Source of the DNA: Camelus ferus
Lineage: Eukaryota
DNA length: 64,000 nucleotides
Assembly (NCBI RefSeq): GCF_009834535.1
Contig: NC_045696.1
Coordinates: 115,198,001 to 115,262,000 of the forward strand
Direction of reading: 5' to 3'
Shown here: positions 26,764 to 39,500 of the stretch, piece by piece
Position numbering within the stretch: position 1 is the first letter of the stretch
Layout: each line of letters opens with the position of its first letter
Program-made: the position numbers and the translations under genes
Notes under the pieces: generated by a model
The model's database searches: none
Seen by the model: the letters and a program-made list of their open reading frames with translations, nothing else
What the model was told of the DNA's origin: nothing

Positions 26764-27175
26764 TGTCTTACTGAGGGTTTGGTGAGAAAAATAGAAACCA
26801 TTCTAGGCACGCAAACAGGAAGGAAATTAATACAAGGATTTAGATGCTTGGAAAACCTTTGGAGGGACTGGCAAGCAGAGGGCAGAGAAGGCTGTGTTGG
26901 CTCTTGTTTTTTTCTGCTTGTTTCCTTGGAGTCAGGCAGTTGCAGAAATACAGGATGCCTAGTAATCCCAGTTACTTTCATCCACAAAACTTACATTATG
27001 ACCTCTGTCATGAAATGCTTTAGTTTATGAAATGCCTCCCTTTAGTGGGATCTAAGGCTGACAGTTGCTGGCAGAGAACCTTGGGAGCCTAAACCTCAGG
27101 CTTCCTGTCCTTGGGTTGTAAGGGGGAGCACGGAAGAGGCGAGGCAGTGCTGAGCTGCCAACAGGAGACTTGATG
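26764..27175 (-). mobile_element. Ancient LTR remnant (LTR78/79-like)
   Basis: gaaaaatagaaaccattctagg...aggaaattaatacaagg and ctggcagagaaccttgggag resemble these old LTRs. Confidence 0.45.
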
Positions 27176-28059
27176 TGATGGTGGAATAGGAAGGCAACGT
27201 GGGATCAGAAAAGCTCAGTGTGTCTGCAGTTGTGGGCAAGAGGCTAAATCCATCGGCGCCCCAGTGTCCTGCTCCATAAAATGATAATGACTAAGTGTCT
27301 TGTAGGTTTGTTATCAGAGAGGTAGCTGAGTTTTAAAATGCTGGAGATTAAAGCAGAGAGCGGGCTTAGGGAAGACCCTGTAATGTTGTTTGGATTGGAG
27401 CACCCCAGTAAAACCTGGCCATGCTCCATGATGGCTTTCTCCAACGGTCTCAGAATTTCCTTTTTGTTTTTTATATTCTGCCCAGTAGTTGTGACAACAG
27501 TGGACATTTGGAATGTCACTGACGGGGACTGACAGTGAACCTGACTCTGTGTTCCCCATCCGTGGCGGTATTTCCTGTTGGCATAAGCATTAAATGAGTA
27601 AACTTGACCTAGAGCACCTGCCTACACCAGTAAATATTGCGTCTTGTCTCTTCCAGAAGATGCACACGGAAGCGTGAGGAGGTCACGCAGAGGGCAAAGA
27701 GGCAGAAAGGTGGGCAGATGCAGGACATGACTATTTTGCTTTCAGTTTGCTCTGGCTGAATAGTCTTTAATATTAAAAAAATAAATCAGCATAGAAGTTT
27801 TGACTCTGTGCTGTTCCTCTGTATACTGTGATTTCATCACCAGGCGGGGGAGCAGATGGGGAGGAAGAAAGCAGGCAAAGAGAGACTGACAGAGAAAAAG
27901 GGATCAGATCCTAGCGCCTGACTTGACTCTAGTTAGTTCTTGTTTTTCTAAAACAGCAGCCCTACAGACAACCAGCCCCACACACTTGAATGTGGCATTA
28001 GTTTGGGTTCGGAAGTTTCATCCATTGGGAGGCAGGAAAGTGACCTTTATGTGTTTTAG

Positions 28060-28230
28060 GGGAGTGTTTGCCATGTTTAGGATGCATATGAATCCCTGAG
28101 GGAATTGTGTTAAAATGCAGATTCTGATTTAGTCTTTCAGGGGTAGGGCTGGGATTTTGAATGTACCTGGGTAGACGGAGGGGAAGGCAGGAAGACGACG
28201 ACATGCTTTGGACAATTCCTACACTCCTGG
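28060..28230. mobile_element. MER5-like fragment
   Basis: gttaaaatgcagattctgatttagt...ggggtagggctgggattttgaat. Confidence 0.55.
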
Positions 28231-28235
28231 AGAGT

Positions 28236-28340
28236 ATTCCTTCATTCACTTAACAAACATTTACTGAGGGTCTGCAATGTGCCAGGCCTATTAGGACTCA
28301 AGGGCAACACTAACAGGCTGAGTCTTCACCATTGTGGCAC
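28236..28340 (-). mobile_element. L2 3' end fragment
   Basis: ttcattcacttaacaaacatttactgagggtctgcaatgtgccaggc. Confidence 0.65.
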
Positions 28341-30803
28341 TTAGAGGACTTTCTGGTGTTTGCGTGATGGGGCTTTGGGGACATCGGAAGGTATCAGCAG
28401 CTGCAGCTGGTACAACCAGGTCTAGTACGACCCTTCTCTGGTTGTGTTTTATCTCCCAGAAATACTCGGAGCCTTGCTTGTGGGGTGACATTGATCAGGA
28501 CCTTGGTGACAGCTGCCATTTATTGAATGCTCATTATGTTCCATCTATCTGAAATCACTGCTTGCATCCCAACTGGTGAAAAGCCAAAATTTTGCTATGA
28601 AAGTTTTCAGCTTTTCTGTAGAGCCACAATTTCAAAATTGTTGGAGAGAAAAATACGTGGATGAGTTTTTCATTCATTTATTCATTCAGTGAATGAGTTC
28701 AAGAGGTCACGCAGAGGTGGCCAAGGAAAACACTGCATCAGACAGTTCTATGCAAGCGTTTTGTTGGGAAAATGGAGTGGAATCACTAAAACATTCTGTA
28801 AAGAACTCAGGAATTAAATGCTGAAATAAAAGCCTTTGAAAGCAAGCGCTGACTAATTTCAAGAGGTCACTTGGAGGTGGCCAAGGAAAGCTTATATGAT
28901 AAAGGTGGGTTTAATTTGGGATCTGAGATTAGTTCCACATGTATCTTGTTCATTAAGATACAGAGCCTGGAATATTGCAAAGACTCAGTGCACGTTTATT
29001 GAATGAATGAGTGGATGGTAGATGATGTATGATAGACAGATAAATAGATGTATAGATAGATAGACAGACAGGAAAAATGCATGATAGATAACTAATAGAG
29101 GAGAAATAACCATTAGACCTGTATCATAAGAAACATAATTGGAGGAATGAAAGTTAATGAAAATTTAAAAAGAATTCTAACTACCCACTGTTTCATACAT
29201 TAGAATATTTCTAACTGAAATGATTAATTCAAGCAATTCTTAGGAAACATAAGGACACGTAGTATCGGGCCATCCCTCCCTTTACTATGCATGCATTGTT
29301 TTATGTTGGCTGAAGCATTTATTTACTCCATTTGTATAGAAGGACAGTGGTGTAAATGAATGACAAAAAGTCAGAACTCAAAATAGAACATCTCAAGTTC
29401 AAGTTTTTGTTATCCTGGGATATAAACCCTTCAGGCTTTTTTATGTTCTCCATCTTTAAAATAGAAATACTACCATAGGTACTGGCACATTTTGTCTCCT
29501 TTCCTTTTGAAACTTATTCTTGACTTTGGCTCTCCTCTGTGTCTCTGTACTTTGTTCCCTGTGCCAGCTCTGAAGATGCCTCCCTCCCCTAGCCAGTGTT
29601 GGAGTTACGGAAATGTTAACCACACCTCCGTTTGGTGGGTTTAGAGAGATGTCAATTAAATTCAGTTGACACCTTAATAATCATCCTTACTAAGTTTTTA
29701 CAACTGCTGCTGTCACTAAAATAGGTGGGGAGCCAAGGTCAAATTATGGGTAGAATAATAAACCTGTTTTTCTTGGTCCCAACTAGTAAAAGGTGTGGAG
29801 ATTTTTTTCAGGTGAAAAAAATGCTGTGGTAAATATGGTATTGAGGTAAATATGGTATTGAGGGCTAAGTTCCTTGTCCTTTGAAGACAAATGTAGCAGA
29901 TTACTAGCTACTTCTGTGTGTTAAATATGCCATATGTGCACAGCAGAAGCATCTTAAGAAACGTAAGGTTTTGAAATCTTCCATTATATATTTTCACACT
30001 GAAACAGATATATAAGCATGTTTGCTGAGCCCTACCCCTTCCTGTAAAACCAAAAATCGTTAAAGTCTTATACTTTTATATAAGTTGTAAAGTTCTGTAA
30101 GTTGTAAAAGTCCCTATTTATAGGGACTCTCAAATATAAAATGACAAATCCAGAACATCTAGGCTTGAGAATAAAAGATAAACAATTGCCCTAAACACAA
30201 TTTTTTTTTCTGTTTTAATACTTGTTTACTCTTTGACAAGGTAACATATTTTCTTATCATTCAAATATGTTGAGAACAAAAACATCTCCCTGCTGCTCTT
30301 CCCCTGCCACTCAGTTCTCTCTTTAGTGACAATCTGCTTGGTAAATTGTTTTTTTTTTATCTCTTCCTTCAGTGATATTTGGAGGTCTGAACACGTTCCT
30401 CTCACTAAAGTTTGAGGCCTAATATGCATTACATTTATTTTCCTTTATCAGTCAATCTAAGCTTTGTTCTTACAAACATATGTATTTGACCCGTCTGCTA
30501 GTCTGACTTTCTTACGACAATCCTGGGCAAATACGGAGACCTGAATAAGAGCCAGTCTAAGTTCCTAGCTTATTGTGGGCTCTGGCTGCTCTTCGGGAGA
30601 TCCCCACTCCAAAGTTAGATACAGACATTTTAAAAATGAAAGAAACTTTTTTGAGTTAATTTGTGTCTGCTCCAACTTACTTATTTTACAGATAAGCCTA
30701 GAATGATTGAGAGATTTCCAGTTTCACGGCTCATTAGTGGCAGAGATGAGAACTGAGATTCCCGACTTCTGTTTCTCATAAGGATGCTAATCATTGCATC
30801 ACA

Positions 30804-31211
30804 GCACTGTGCATTGAAATGTACCCCCCAAATTCATAACCCGCAGTGCCTTAGAATGCGAGCTTATTTGGAAATGGGGTCATTGAAGATGTAATCTGTT
30901 AAAATTAGATCCTTAGTGAGCCCTAATCCATTATGACTGGTATCCTTGTAGAAGGGGGAAATTTGAACACAGACACAGGCCTAGAGGGAAGATGATGTGA
31001 AGAGACACAGGGCAAATGCCTTCTGTGAGCCACAAAGGGAGATGTGGAACAGATCCTTCTCTTGTGAGGAAAGGTGCCCACCTTCAGGAGGCACCCCCTC
31101 TGCTGACACTTTGATGTTGGACTTCTAGCCTCCAGAACAAAATACATTTCTGTCGTTGAAGACACCCAGTTTGTGACACATTGTCATGGCTACCCAAATA
31201 AGAATGAATTC
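30804..31211 (+). mobile_element. MaLR solo LTR (MLT1B-like)
   Basis: ccccccaaattcata...ccctaatccattatgactggtatccttgtagaag...ttggacttctagcctccagaac...cacccagtttgtg. Confidence 0.85.
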
Positions 31212-32542
31212 TTGCAGCCATCTAGTCTACCTTCCTCCACTTGCACTCTATAATGTTTCTGACAGCTTGTCATCCATCTTTTTACTGAACTATCTCCATT
31301 ATCTCCATGGTAAATAAGCCTATCCCTGGGGAGAAGGATTCTACACCATAGGTCATTTACACTGTATAGAAGTTCTCTTTGGTGCCCCTTCAGGCTCCCT
31401 GTATTTACTATAAAAGAAAGAAGGAGATAAAACACAATATGTTGCCTTTTTTTAATTGAAAAAATTTATTGATCATAAGCTAAGTGACAAGGGCTATTCC
31501 GGAAGGCAATTTTACACCCACTTTTTAAAAAAATCTGATTTCATAACAGCCTTTCATGTTACAGATACTATCTGGATGATATAGGTAAGGAAACTCAAAG
31601 GTGTGAAATAAAATAATTTTTTGCCCCAAATTACACAAGTAAAAATCATTGAATCATGGCTGGATTTAGGTGTAAAGTGATCTGAGTCCAGGGCAATTTC
31701 ATCTACAACATAGCTAGCTGATCTCTTGCCTGTAAAAAAGTTGTAGTTTCTTTAATTAGCTGTCAGAGCCTTGGTACACATTAGAAGCTAATTAACTAAA
31801 TAATCTGTCATTCTTTAGAAGTCTTAGCTCCAAGAAAGTAAGCTATCTCCCAAATAATATTCTGGGTGATTGGACAGTTATGAAAAAGAACATCTAAAGT
31901 TTCCTTGGACCGTACATAATGTCACCCTCCCAAGCATTTATGTGTACAGGCTGTCATTGTCAGAGGAATAAATAACTTTAAGTAGTAATAAATTTCAAAA
32001 AAATTATCCTATCCTACTAACAATTTAGACGTTTTAAGATCAAGACCCATCTACCCACATAAGAAAAAAAAATACACTTAGAATCTAAAAGATCTGAGTT
32101 CTGTGTCTAATACTTTTATCTATGGCAAAACTCTTGAGTTCTTGTTTTCTCATCTGTGAAACTAGCGTAATTGTATTGACCTCATATTAAGTGTCTAAAG
32201 GTGTTAAAGATCGAAAGTGCTACAGAAATTGTAAATGTTAAGGAAGTCTGTTGAATTCTGAACTCTGGCCTCTGGTGTTGGGACCCTAATGAGCATTTTT
32301 TACAACCTCCTGAAGGTGATTCCTTTGCCCCCTTAAATGTTGAGAATCACTGAATTTCACACTGTGGACAAAACTGGTGGGAAAATCCATTTTCACAGCT
32401 AAGAATACATACAGATCAAAGAGTAACCTTCTCAGACTGCCCTCCCAACATGAATGTGAAAGACAGTGTTAATGCTGTTTCTCATTACGCTTCGTCAAAG
32501 GATTGAGAACTTTCTGCCAGCAGACTATTTGGTTTTATGACT

Positions 32543-32833
32543 CAGTGCTTCTCAAAGTGTGGTTTATAGACCTCTATGTACTTGTCCAAGAACTGATAAC
32601 AGGTCTGCAATGAGATAAGTGCTGAGAATGAGAGTGAGTAACATTGAGAAAACTTTATAGCAACTTAGAGCAAATTTACATCTTTTGAAGCTAGTAAAGA
32701 ATTATGACTTACATTTTGCATATCTTTTTCATTTTTTTTTCTGGTAATTCATTTTTGTTAAATTTCATAATAGTTTTGGCTTTTGACTGATGGAGGTTGC
32801 TGGTCCTTCAGCAGAGAGAGTTGAGAAGCACTC
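32543..32833. mobile_element. MER5C-like hAT element
   Basis: Terminal inverted repeats cagtgcttctcaa / ttgagaagcact; internal gagataagt...aactttatagcaa...ctggtccttca. Confidence 0.8.
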
Positions 32834-33139
32834 CTAAGGTTTCAGAGTTCCATCTACATATAGAAAGTGAAGGGGGCTTTGAAGCAGTTATTAAATTTAG
32901 GTGAGTTGCACAGTGTATAGTTGAGGAAGCCACAAATACAATTTGGCTCAAATTCCTTTATCTCTACCCAGTTTCCCTGATCCTTGTGAGGTGTGGCAAT
33001 GGCAAATGGCTCTCTCTGAAACTCATAAATCAAGACGGTAGTAGAGAAACAAGTAGGGTAACTTGCATTTTGCCTCTCTCCGAAGCATATCCCTTTATGC
33101 CACATTTTATCTTGAATTTGGGCAAATAATAAAGCAGTA

Positions 33140-33397
33140 GGGCGGTGGGAAGGGGTAGACTGGGAGTTCAAAATTTGTAGATACTGACAAGCATATATAG
33201 AATAAATAAACAAGATTATACTGTATAGCACAGGGAAATATATACAAGATCTTGTGGTAGCTCACAGTGAAAAGAAATGTGACAATGAACATATGTACGT
33301 TCATGTACAACTTAAAAATTGTGCTCTACACTGGAATTTGGCACAATATTGTAAAATGACTATAATTCAATTAAAAAATGTTAAAAAAAAAAAAAAA
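33140..33397 (+). mobile_element. Short camelid L1 3'UTR with poly(A), a different (probably younger) subfamily from the adjacent long L1
   Basis: gactgggagttcaaaatttg...gatcttgtggtagctcacag...aattgtgctctacactggaatttg...A-tail. Confidence 0.88.
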
Positions 33398-34984
33398 GAC
33401 AGTGGAATAGAAGATGTGGAATCACCTTCTCCCACAAATACACCAAAAATACATCTACATGTGGGACAGTTCTTACAGAATACCTGCTGAACACTGGCAG
33501 AAGAGCTCAGACAACCAAAATTGCAAGAAAGATGACCATATAGCTGAGTAGGATGAAAAAAAAAAAGGCAATTAGATGGGACCTGACTCCCTGGGAGGGA
33601 GCTGTGAAAGCGGAAAGGTTCCCTCACCTTGGGAACCCCTGTTACAAGCTGGGAGATCAGCTAGAACAGAAAGGAAGCTTCAGAGGCTCAGAGAAGAGTG
33701 CAGCAGCTGGATTCCAACAGGCAGAACAGAGAGAGACCTGCATTAGAGGGTTTGGGCCACCTCACTGTAGTCCCCAGCCCGAGATGCGCATCTGGTGGTG
33801 CTTGTGGGATCTGGGTGATGAAACTTGGGCTCCAGAGGACAGATCCAGGAAGAGGACTGAGGTTGGCTGTGTGGAGTCAGCCTGAAGGGGCTGGAGTGTG
33901 TACGAGCTGAAACCTGGGATGTACGTGAATAGAGCCTGGGTCTGCCATAGAAGTGCCATTGTTAATGGGCACATGAAGGGTGGGGCAGAGACCCCATCAT
34001 AGCAGCCTCACTCTCAGTGTGCTCACAGCAGGTATGACTCCACCTTTAAGTGCTCTGGGAGTGCACATGTGCCTCTGCATTGCCCATATGTAGAGGCAGG
34101 GCTGAAATCTGAGCTGATCTCCAGGTACCACACCACTAAGGAAGCAGGGGTGAAATCTGAGCCCTCTCACAGTGGCTGTGTAATCCATGGATTTATGCTG
34201 CCTCCTCAGCAGGGGCCTTTGTAAACTCAGCACTTGTGGGACATCGAACCAGGACATCTGTGGGTGGGGCTGGTCAGCATTAGCAGCTGTGGGCTTCGAG
34301 GGCACGTGCATGCAGAGGTGGGGCCAGGGCCTGGGCTGCTTCTGTAGCTCCCATGGCAGGTCCGGGCGTGTGACTACTGTGATCCTGGTACCTGTCTTCA
34401 GTGAATCTGCACCTATGGATCTGCGCCAGCGTCTTTGTGAGCACGGCACCTGAGGGGCTTCAGAGCATATTGCCAGCATTCCCAGGGCTGAGGGCAGCAC
34501 CAACAATAGTGTACTTTGTGAACCTGCACAACAGGTGACATGCGATACCACAGAGCATACTTCTTTACATAAAGTTCCTATAAAGGAATACTAAGTGGCT
34601 CCTCTCCCAATGGGAGTGCTCCAGTCCTGCCTACCCCACATCACATTTGAGAAATGGATCTTGGGGGCTTTCACTCCAACACCTAGGGTACATACCCTGC
34701 CCCTGATAAGGCTGTGAAAACCACAAAGCCAAGAGGAGGCCCCATTCAAAGTCCAGTGCAGACTCTGGTACCAACACCAATTATACCCCCCGCCCCCATC
34801 AAGTGGATAACAGCCAACACACACAGAGGAAAGATGTGGCAGCCATCTGTATTAAAAACAGCCCTCACAGCAAAAATATTAGACCATGCAGGCTACACAG
34901 GCACACTCCCACATAAAAACAGCCTTTAAAACAACAGCAGATAACTGTTTCTCCTAAACTGTTAGAGTCAGAAATGTAAGTAAA

Positions 34985-35876
34985 ATGAAGAACCAGAGGA
35001 ACCAGTCCCAATTAAAAGAACAAGAGAAATCTCCTGAAGGAACAATGAAACAGATCTCTCCAGTCTAACAGACTCTTGAGTCCAAAAAAGAGGTAATAAA
35101 AATACTGGAGGAATTAAGAAAGGCTATTGATAAAAATTCAGATTACTGTAAAAAGGAGCTAGAAACTATAAAGAGGAACCAAGTAAAATTAGAAAACTAA
35201 TTTGCCAAGATGGAAGCTGAGCTAAAGGCAATAACTAGCAAACTGAATAATGCAGAAGAATGAATAAGTGACCTGGAAGATAGAATAATGGAAATCACCC
35301 AATCAGAACAACAGACAGAAAGACAAATGAAAAAAAATTAAAGCAATATATAAGACCTATGGGATAATATAAAGCATGTCAATCAATGCATAATAGGGAT
35401 CCCAGAAGGAGAAGAAAGAGAAAAGGGGATTAAAAATGTATTTGAAGAAACTATGGCTAAAAAATTCCCAAGCCTAAAGATAGAAATAGATACCCAGATA
35501 TAGGAAGTGCAGAGGGACCTAAACAAGATGAACCCAAACAGACCTACACTAAGACATGTTAAAATTAAAATGACAAAAGTTAAAGATTAAAGAGAGGATT
35601 CTAAAGGCAGCAAGAGAAAAACAAAGAGTCAATTACAAGGCTACCCCCATAAGGCTGTCAGCTGATTTCTCTATAGAAATTTGCAGGCTGGAAGGGAGTA
35701 GCAAGATATATTCAAAGTCCTGAAAGGGAAGAGACTTACAACCTAAGATATTCTATCCAGCAAGATTATCATTTATTATAGAAAGAGAGAGAAAGACTTT
35801 CTCAGACAAGCAAAAGCTAAAAGAATACAACAATACTAAACCTATCCTAAAAGAAGTATTGAAAAGTCTTCTCTAA
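34985..35876 (+). pseudogene. Disrupted L1 ORF1
   Basis: Starts MKNQRNQSQLKEQEKSPE and ends ...TKPILKEVLKSLL*. IGIPEGEE- and YPARLSF-like motifs, with internal stops. Confidence 0.85.
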
Positions 35877-36322
35877 ATAGAAAAGAAGCAAGAATCTATA
35901 GGAAAAGGAAAATCACAATAAGAAAGTAAATCACTTAAAATAGCCAGTATACAGATTTAAAAAAATTTGTTTTTGTGAAAGCAATGATAACTACAAAGAA
36001 CTGCAAAAGGATAAACATGAAGATGTAAAATAGGACATGAAAATCATAAAATGTGGGGAAGGAAAGTAAGAAAATGCAGATTTTTTTTTAATGTGTTTGA
36101 GTCTATATGACTACTAGTCTGAAGCAAGTAGATACAGTAATGGGTTAACATATTTGTAAAACAAGGTAACTCCAAATCAAAAGGATACAATAGATTCATA
36201 AAAATCAAAAAGAAGAGAAAACATGCATAATAGAAAAGAAAGCCATCAAACCACAAAAGGAAAAACAAAGAAAAAAAGGAACAAAGAAGAAGTATAAAAT
36301 CAACTGGAAAACAAGGTTTAAA

Positions 36323-38457
36323 ATGTCAATAAATACATGTCTATCAATAATTACTTTAAATGTCAATGGATTACATGCAGCAATGAAAAGACATGGAGTG
36401 GTAGATTGGATAATAAAACAAGAGCTAAAATATGCCTCCTACAAGAGACCAAATTTAGGGCAAAGGACACATATTGATTCAAAGTGGAGAGATAGAAAAA
36501 GATATTTCGTGCAAATGGAAATGATAAGAAAGTGAGGGTAGCAATATTCTTAGACACAATGGACCTTAAAACAAAGACCAGGAAGAAAGATAAAGAAGGA
36601 TACTATATAATGATAAAAGGAAACAACAAGAGGCTATTACACTTGTTAACATATATGCACCCAATATAGGATCACCTAAATACATAAAACAAATACTAAC
36701 CGACATAAAAGGAGATATTGATGGGAATACAATAACAGTAGGAGATTTTAACACCCCAGAGACATCAATGGACAGATCTTCCAGACAGAAAAATCAATAA
36801 GGTAACAAAGATCCTAAACAATAGAACAGTTAGACTTAATTGATATTTTCAAGACATTACATGCAGAAAAAATAGAAGAATATTATTATTCTCATATTAT
36901 TTTCAAATGCACATGGAACATTCTCTATGATAGATAATGTGCTAGGACACAAAACAAACCTAAATAAATTTAAGAGGATAGAAATTATTTCAGGCATCTT
37001 TTCTGACCACAATGGCATGAAACAAGAAATCAACACAGAAACAGAAACAAGGAAAAAAAAAACAAGTTCACGGAGGGTAAACAACATGCTACTAAAATCC
37101 AATGGGCCAATGATGAAATCAAAGAGGAAATCTAAAAATACCTCGAGACAAATGAGAATGAAAACACAACCACACAAAATCTGTGGAATGCAGCAAAAGA
37201 AGTCCTAAGAGGGAAGTTCATAGAGATAAAAGCCATCCTCAAAAACTGAGAACCATATTACCTACCACCTAAAAGAATTAGGAAAAAAAAAAAGAATAAA
37301 CGAAACATCAAGTCAGCAGAAGGAAGGAAATAATAAAGATCAGAGAAGAAATAAATGAAATAGAGAATAAAAAACAATGGGAAAAAACCCAATAAAACCA
37401 AGACCTGGTTCTTTGAAAAAGTTAAACAAAATTGATCAACCTCTGGCCAGGCTTAGCAAGAAGAAAAGAGATAGGACCCAAATAAACAAAATAAGAAATG
37501 AAACAGGAGATACAACAACTGAGACCACAGAAATACACCAAAAATAAGAGATTGCCATGAGCAATTATATGCCAACAAATTGGACAACCTAGAAAAAATG
37601 GACAAGTTTCTAGAAACATGCAGTCCATCAAAACTTAGTTAATAAGAAATAGATAATTTGAACAGACTGATCACTAGAATTTGTAATTGAAAACAGACAA
37701 ATAAAACAAAATGAAACAAACTCCCTGCATAGAAAAGTCCAGGACCAGATGGCTTCACTAGGGAATTCTACAAAACATACAAAGGATTTATACTGATCCT
37801 TCTCAGACTCTTCCAAAAGGCTGAAGGGGAGGGAATACTCCCAAACTTATTTTATGAAGCCACCATCATCCTGATACCAAAACCAGGCAAAGATACTACT
37901 AAAAAGGAAAATTAGAGGCCAGTATCTTTGACGAATGTGGATGCAAACATTCTCAACAAAATATTAACAAACTGAGACCAAGAACACATCAAATGATCAA
38001 ATTGGATTCATCCCAGGGACACAAGGATGGTTCAACATATGCAGATCAGTTAATGTGATATACTGCATCAACAAAAGAAAGGGCAAAAATCAAATTATCA
38101 TCTCAATAGATGCAGAAAAAGCATATGATAAAACTTCAACATCCATTCATAATAAAAACTTTTACCAAAGTGGTAAAAGAGAACTTATCTCAACATAATA
38201 AAAGTTATTTATGACAGCCAACATACTCAATGGTGAAAAGTTGAAAACCTTCCTGCTAAAATCTGGAACAAGACAAGGATGCCCACTGTCACACTTCTAT
38301 TCAACATAGTGTTAGAAATCCTAGCCACAGTCATCACATAAGAAAAAGAAATAAAAGGTATCCAAATTGGAAGGGAAGATATAAAGTTGCCATTATATGC
38401 AGATAACATGTATATGTGTGTGTATATATATATATTATATATATATGTATATGTGTT

Positions 38458-38500
<43 letters not shown>

Positions 38501-39500
38501 TGTAAACACACCCTAAAGATTCCACACAAAAACTACTAGAACTGATAAATGAATTTAGCAAAGTAGCAGGATACAAGATTAACATACAGAAGTCTGTTGC
38601 ATTTCTTTACACTAATAATGAAATATCAGAAATGGAAAGTGAAAAAAAAGTTCCTTTTAAAATTGCATCAAAAAATTCTTAGGAATAAACCTGACCAAGG
38701 AGGTGAAAGACTTATATGCTGAGAACTATGTAACACTGATGAACATTTTGGTTGCCCACTGTGGATCAGGTGCCCCTGAAGAAACCCAACTGTTCACCCA
38801 GATTTGGGTGATGCAGCGATCAATATGTTAAGGAAATTAAAGATGTTTTAAAGAAATGGAAAGATACCCCATGCTCTTGGATTGGAAGAATGGGCAGAAG
38901 ACCTAAACAAATATTTCTCTAATGAAAACATACAGATAGCCAATAGGCATATGAAAAGATGCTCAAGTTCACTAATTATTAGAGAAACACAAATCAAAAC
39001 TATAATGAGGTATCACCTCACACCAGTCAGAATGTCCATCATTCAAAAGTCTACAAATAATAAATGCTGGTTAGAGGGTATGGAGAAATGTGAACACTCC
39101 TACACTGCTGGTGGGAATGTAAATTGGTGCAGCCACTATGGAAAATAGTATGTAGTTTCCTAAAAAAAACTAAAAATAGAGTTGCAGTATCATCCAGCAA
39201 TCACACTCCTGGGCATATACCCTGAGAAAACTCTAATTTGAAAAATGCATGCACCCCAGTATTCATAGCAGCACTATATACAATAGCCAGGACATGGAAG
39301 CAATTTAAAAATGTCCATTGATAGATGACTGGATAAAGAAGATGTGGTATATTTATACAATAGAATATTACTCAGCCATAAAAAAGAATTAAATAATGTC
39401 ATTTGTAGCAACATGGATGGACCTAGAGATCATCATACTAAGTGAAGTAAGCCAGACAGAGAAAGACAAATATATGATATCACTTATATGTGGAATCTAA
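36323..39500 (+). pseudogene. Disrupted L1 ORF2 (EN, RT, Cys domain) with internal deletion and insertions
   Basis: MSINTCLSIITLNVNGL (endonuclease N-terminus), FSDHNG, GPDGF, RQGCPLS, YADNM and RYHLTPVRM motifs. Confidence 0.9.
38411..38503. repeat. (TA)n/(TG)n compound microsatellite inside the L1 RT region
   Basis: Read directly. Confidence 0.95.

Noticed and set aside
28698..28889. CRISPR-like repeat-spacer-repeat
   Set aside because: Only two copies, a 128-bp spacer, mammalian context and no cas genes.
33553..34929. ORFs up to 184 aa in the GC-rich region
   Set aside because: They lie in the decayed L1 5'UTR, with no homology recognised.
38735..38836. Hammerhead-like CTGATGA...stem...GAAA around the insert
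   Set aside because: CTGATGA comes largely from L1, GAAA does not directly follow the stem, and I find no stems I/III or cleavage triplet.
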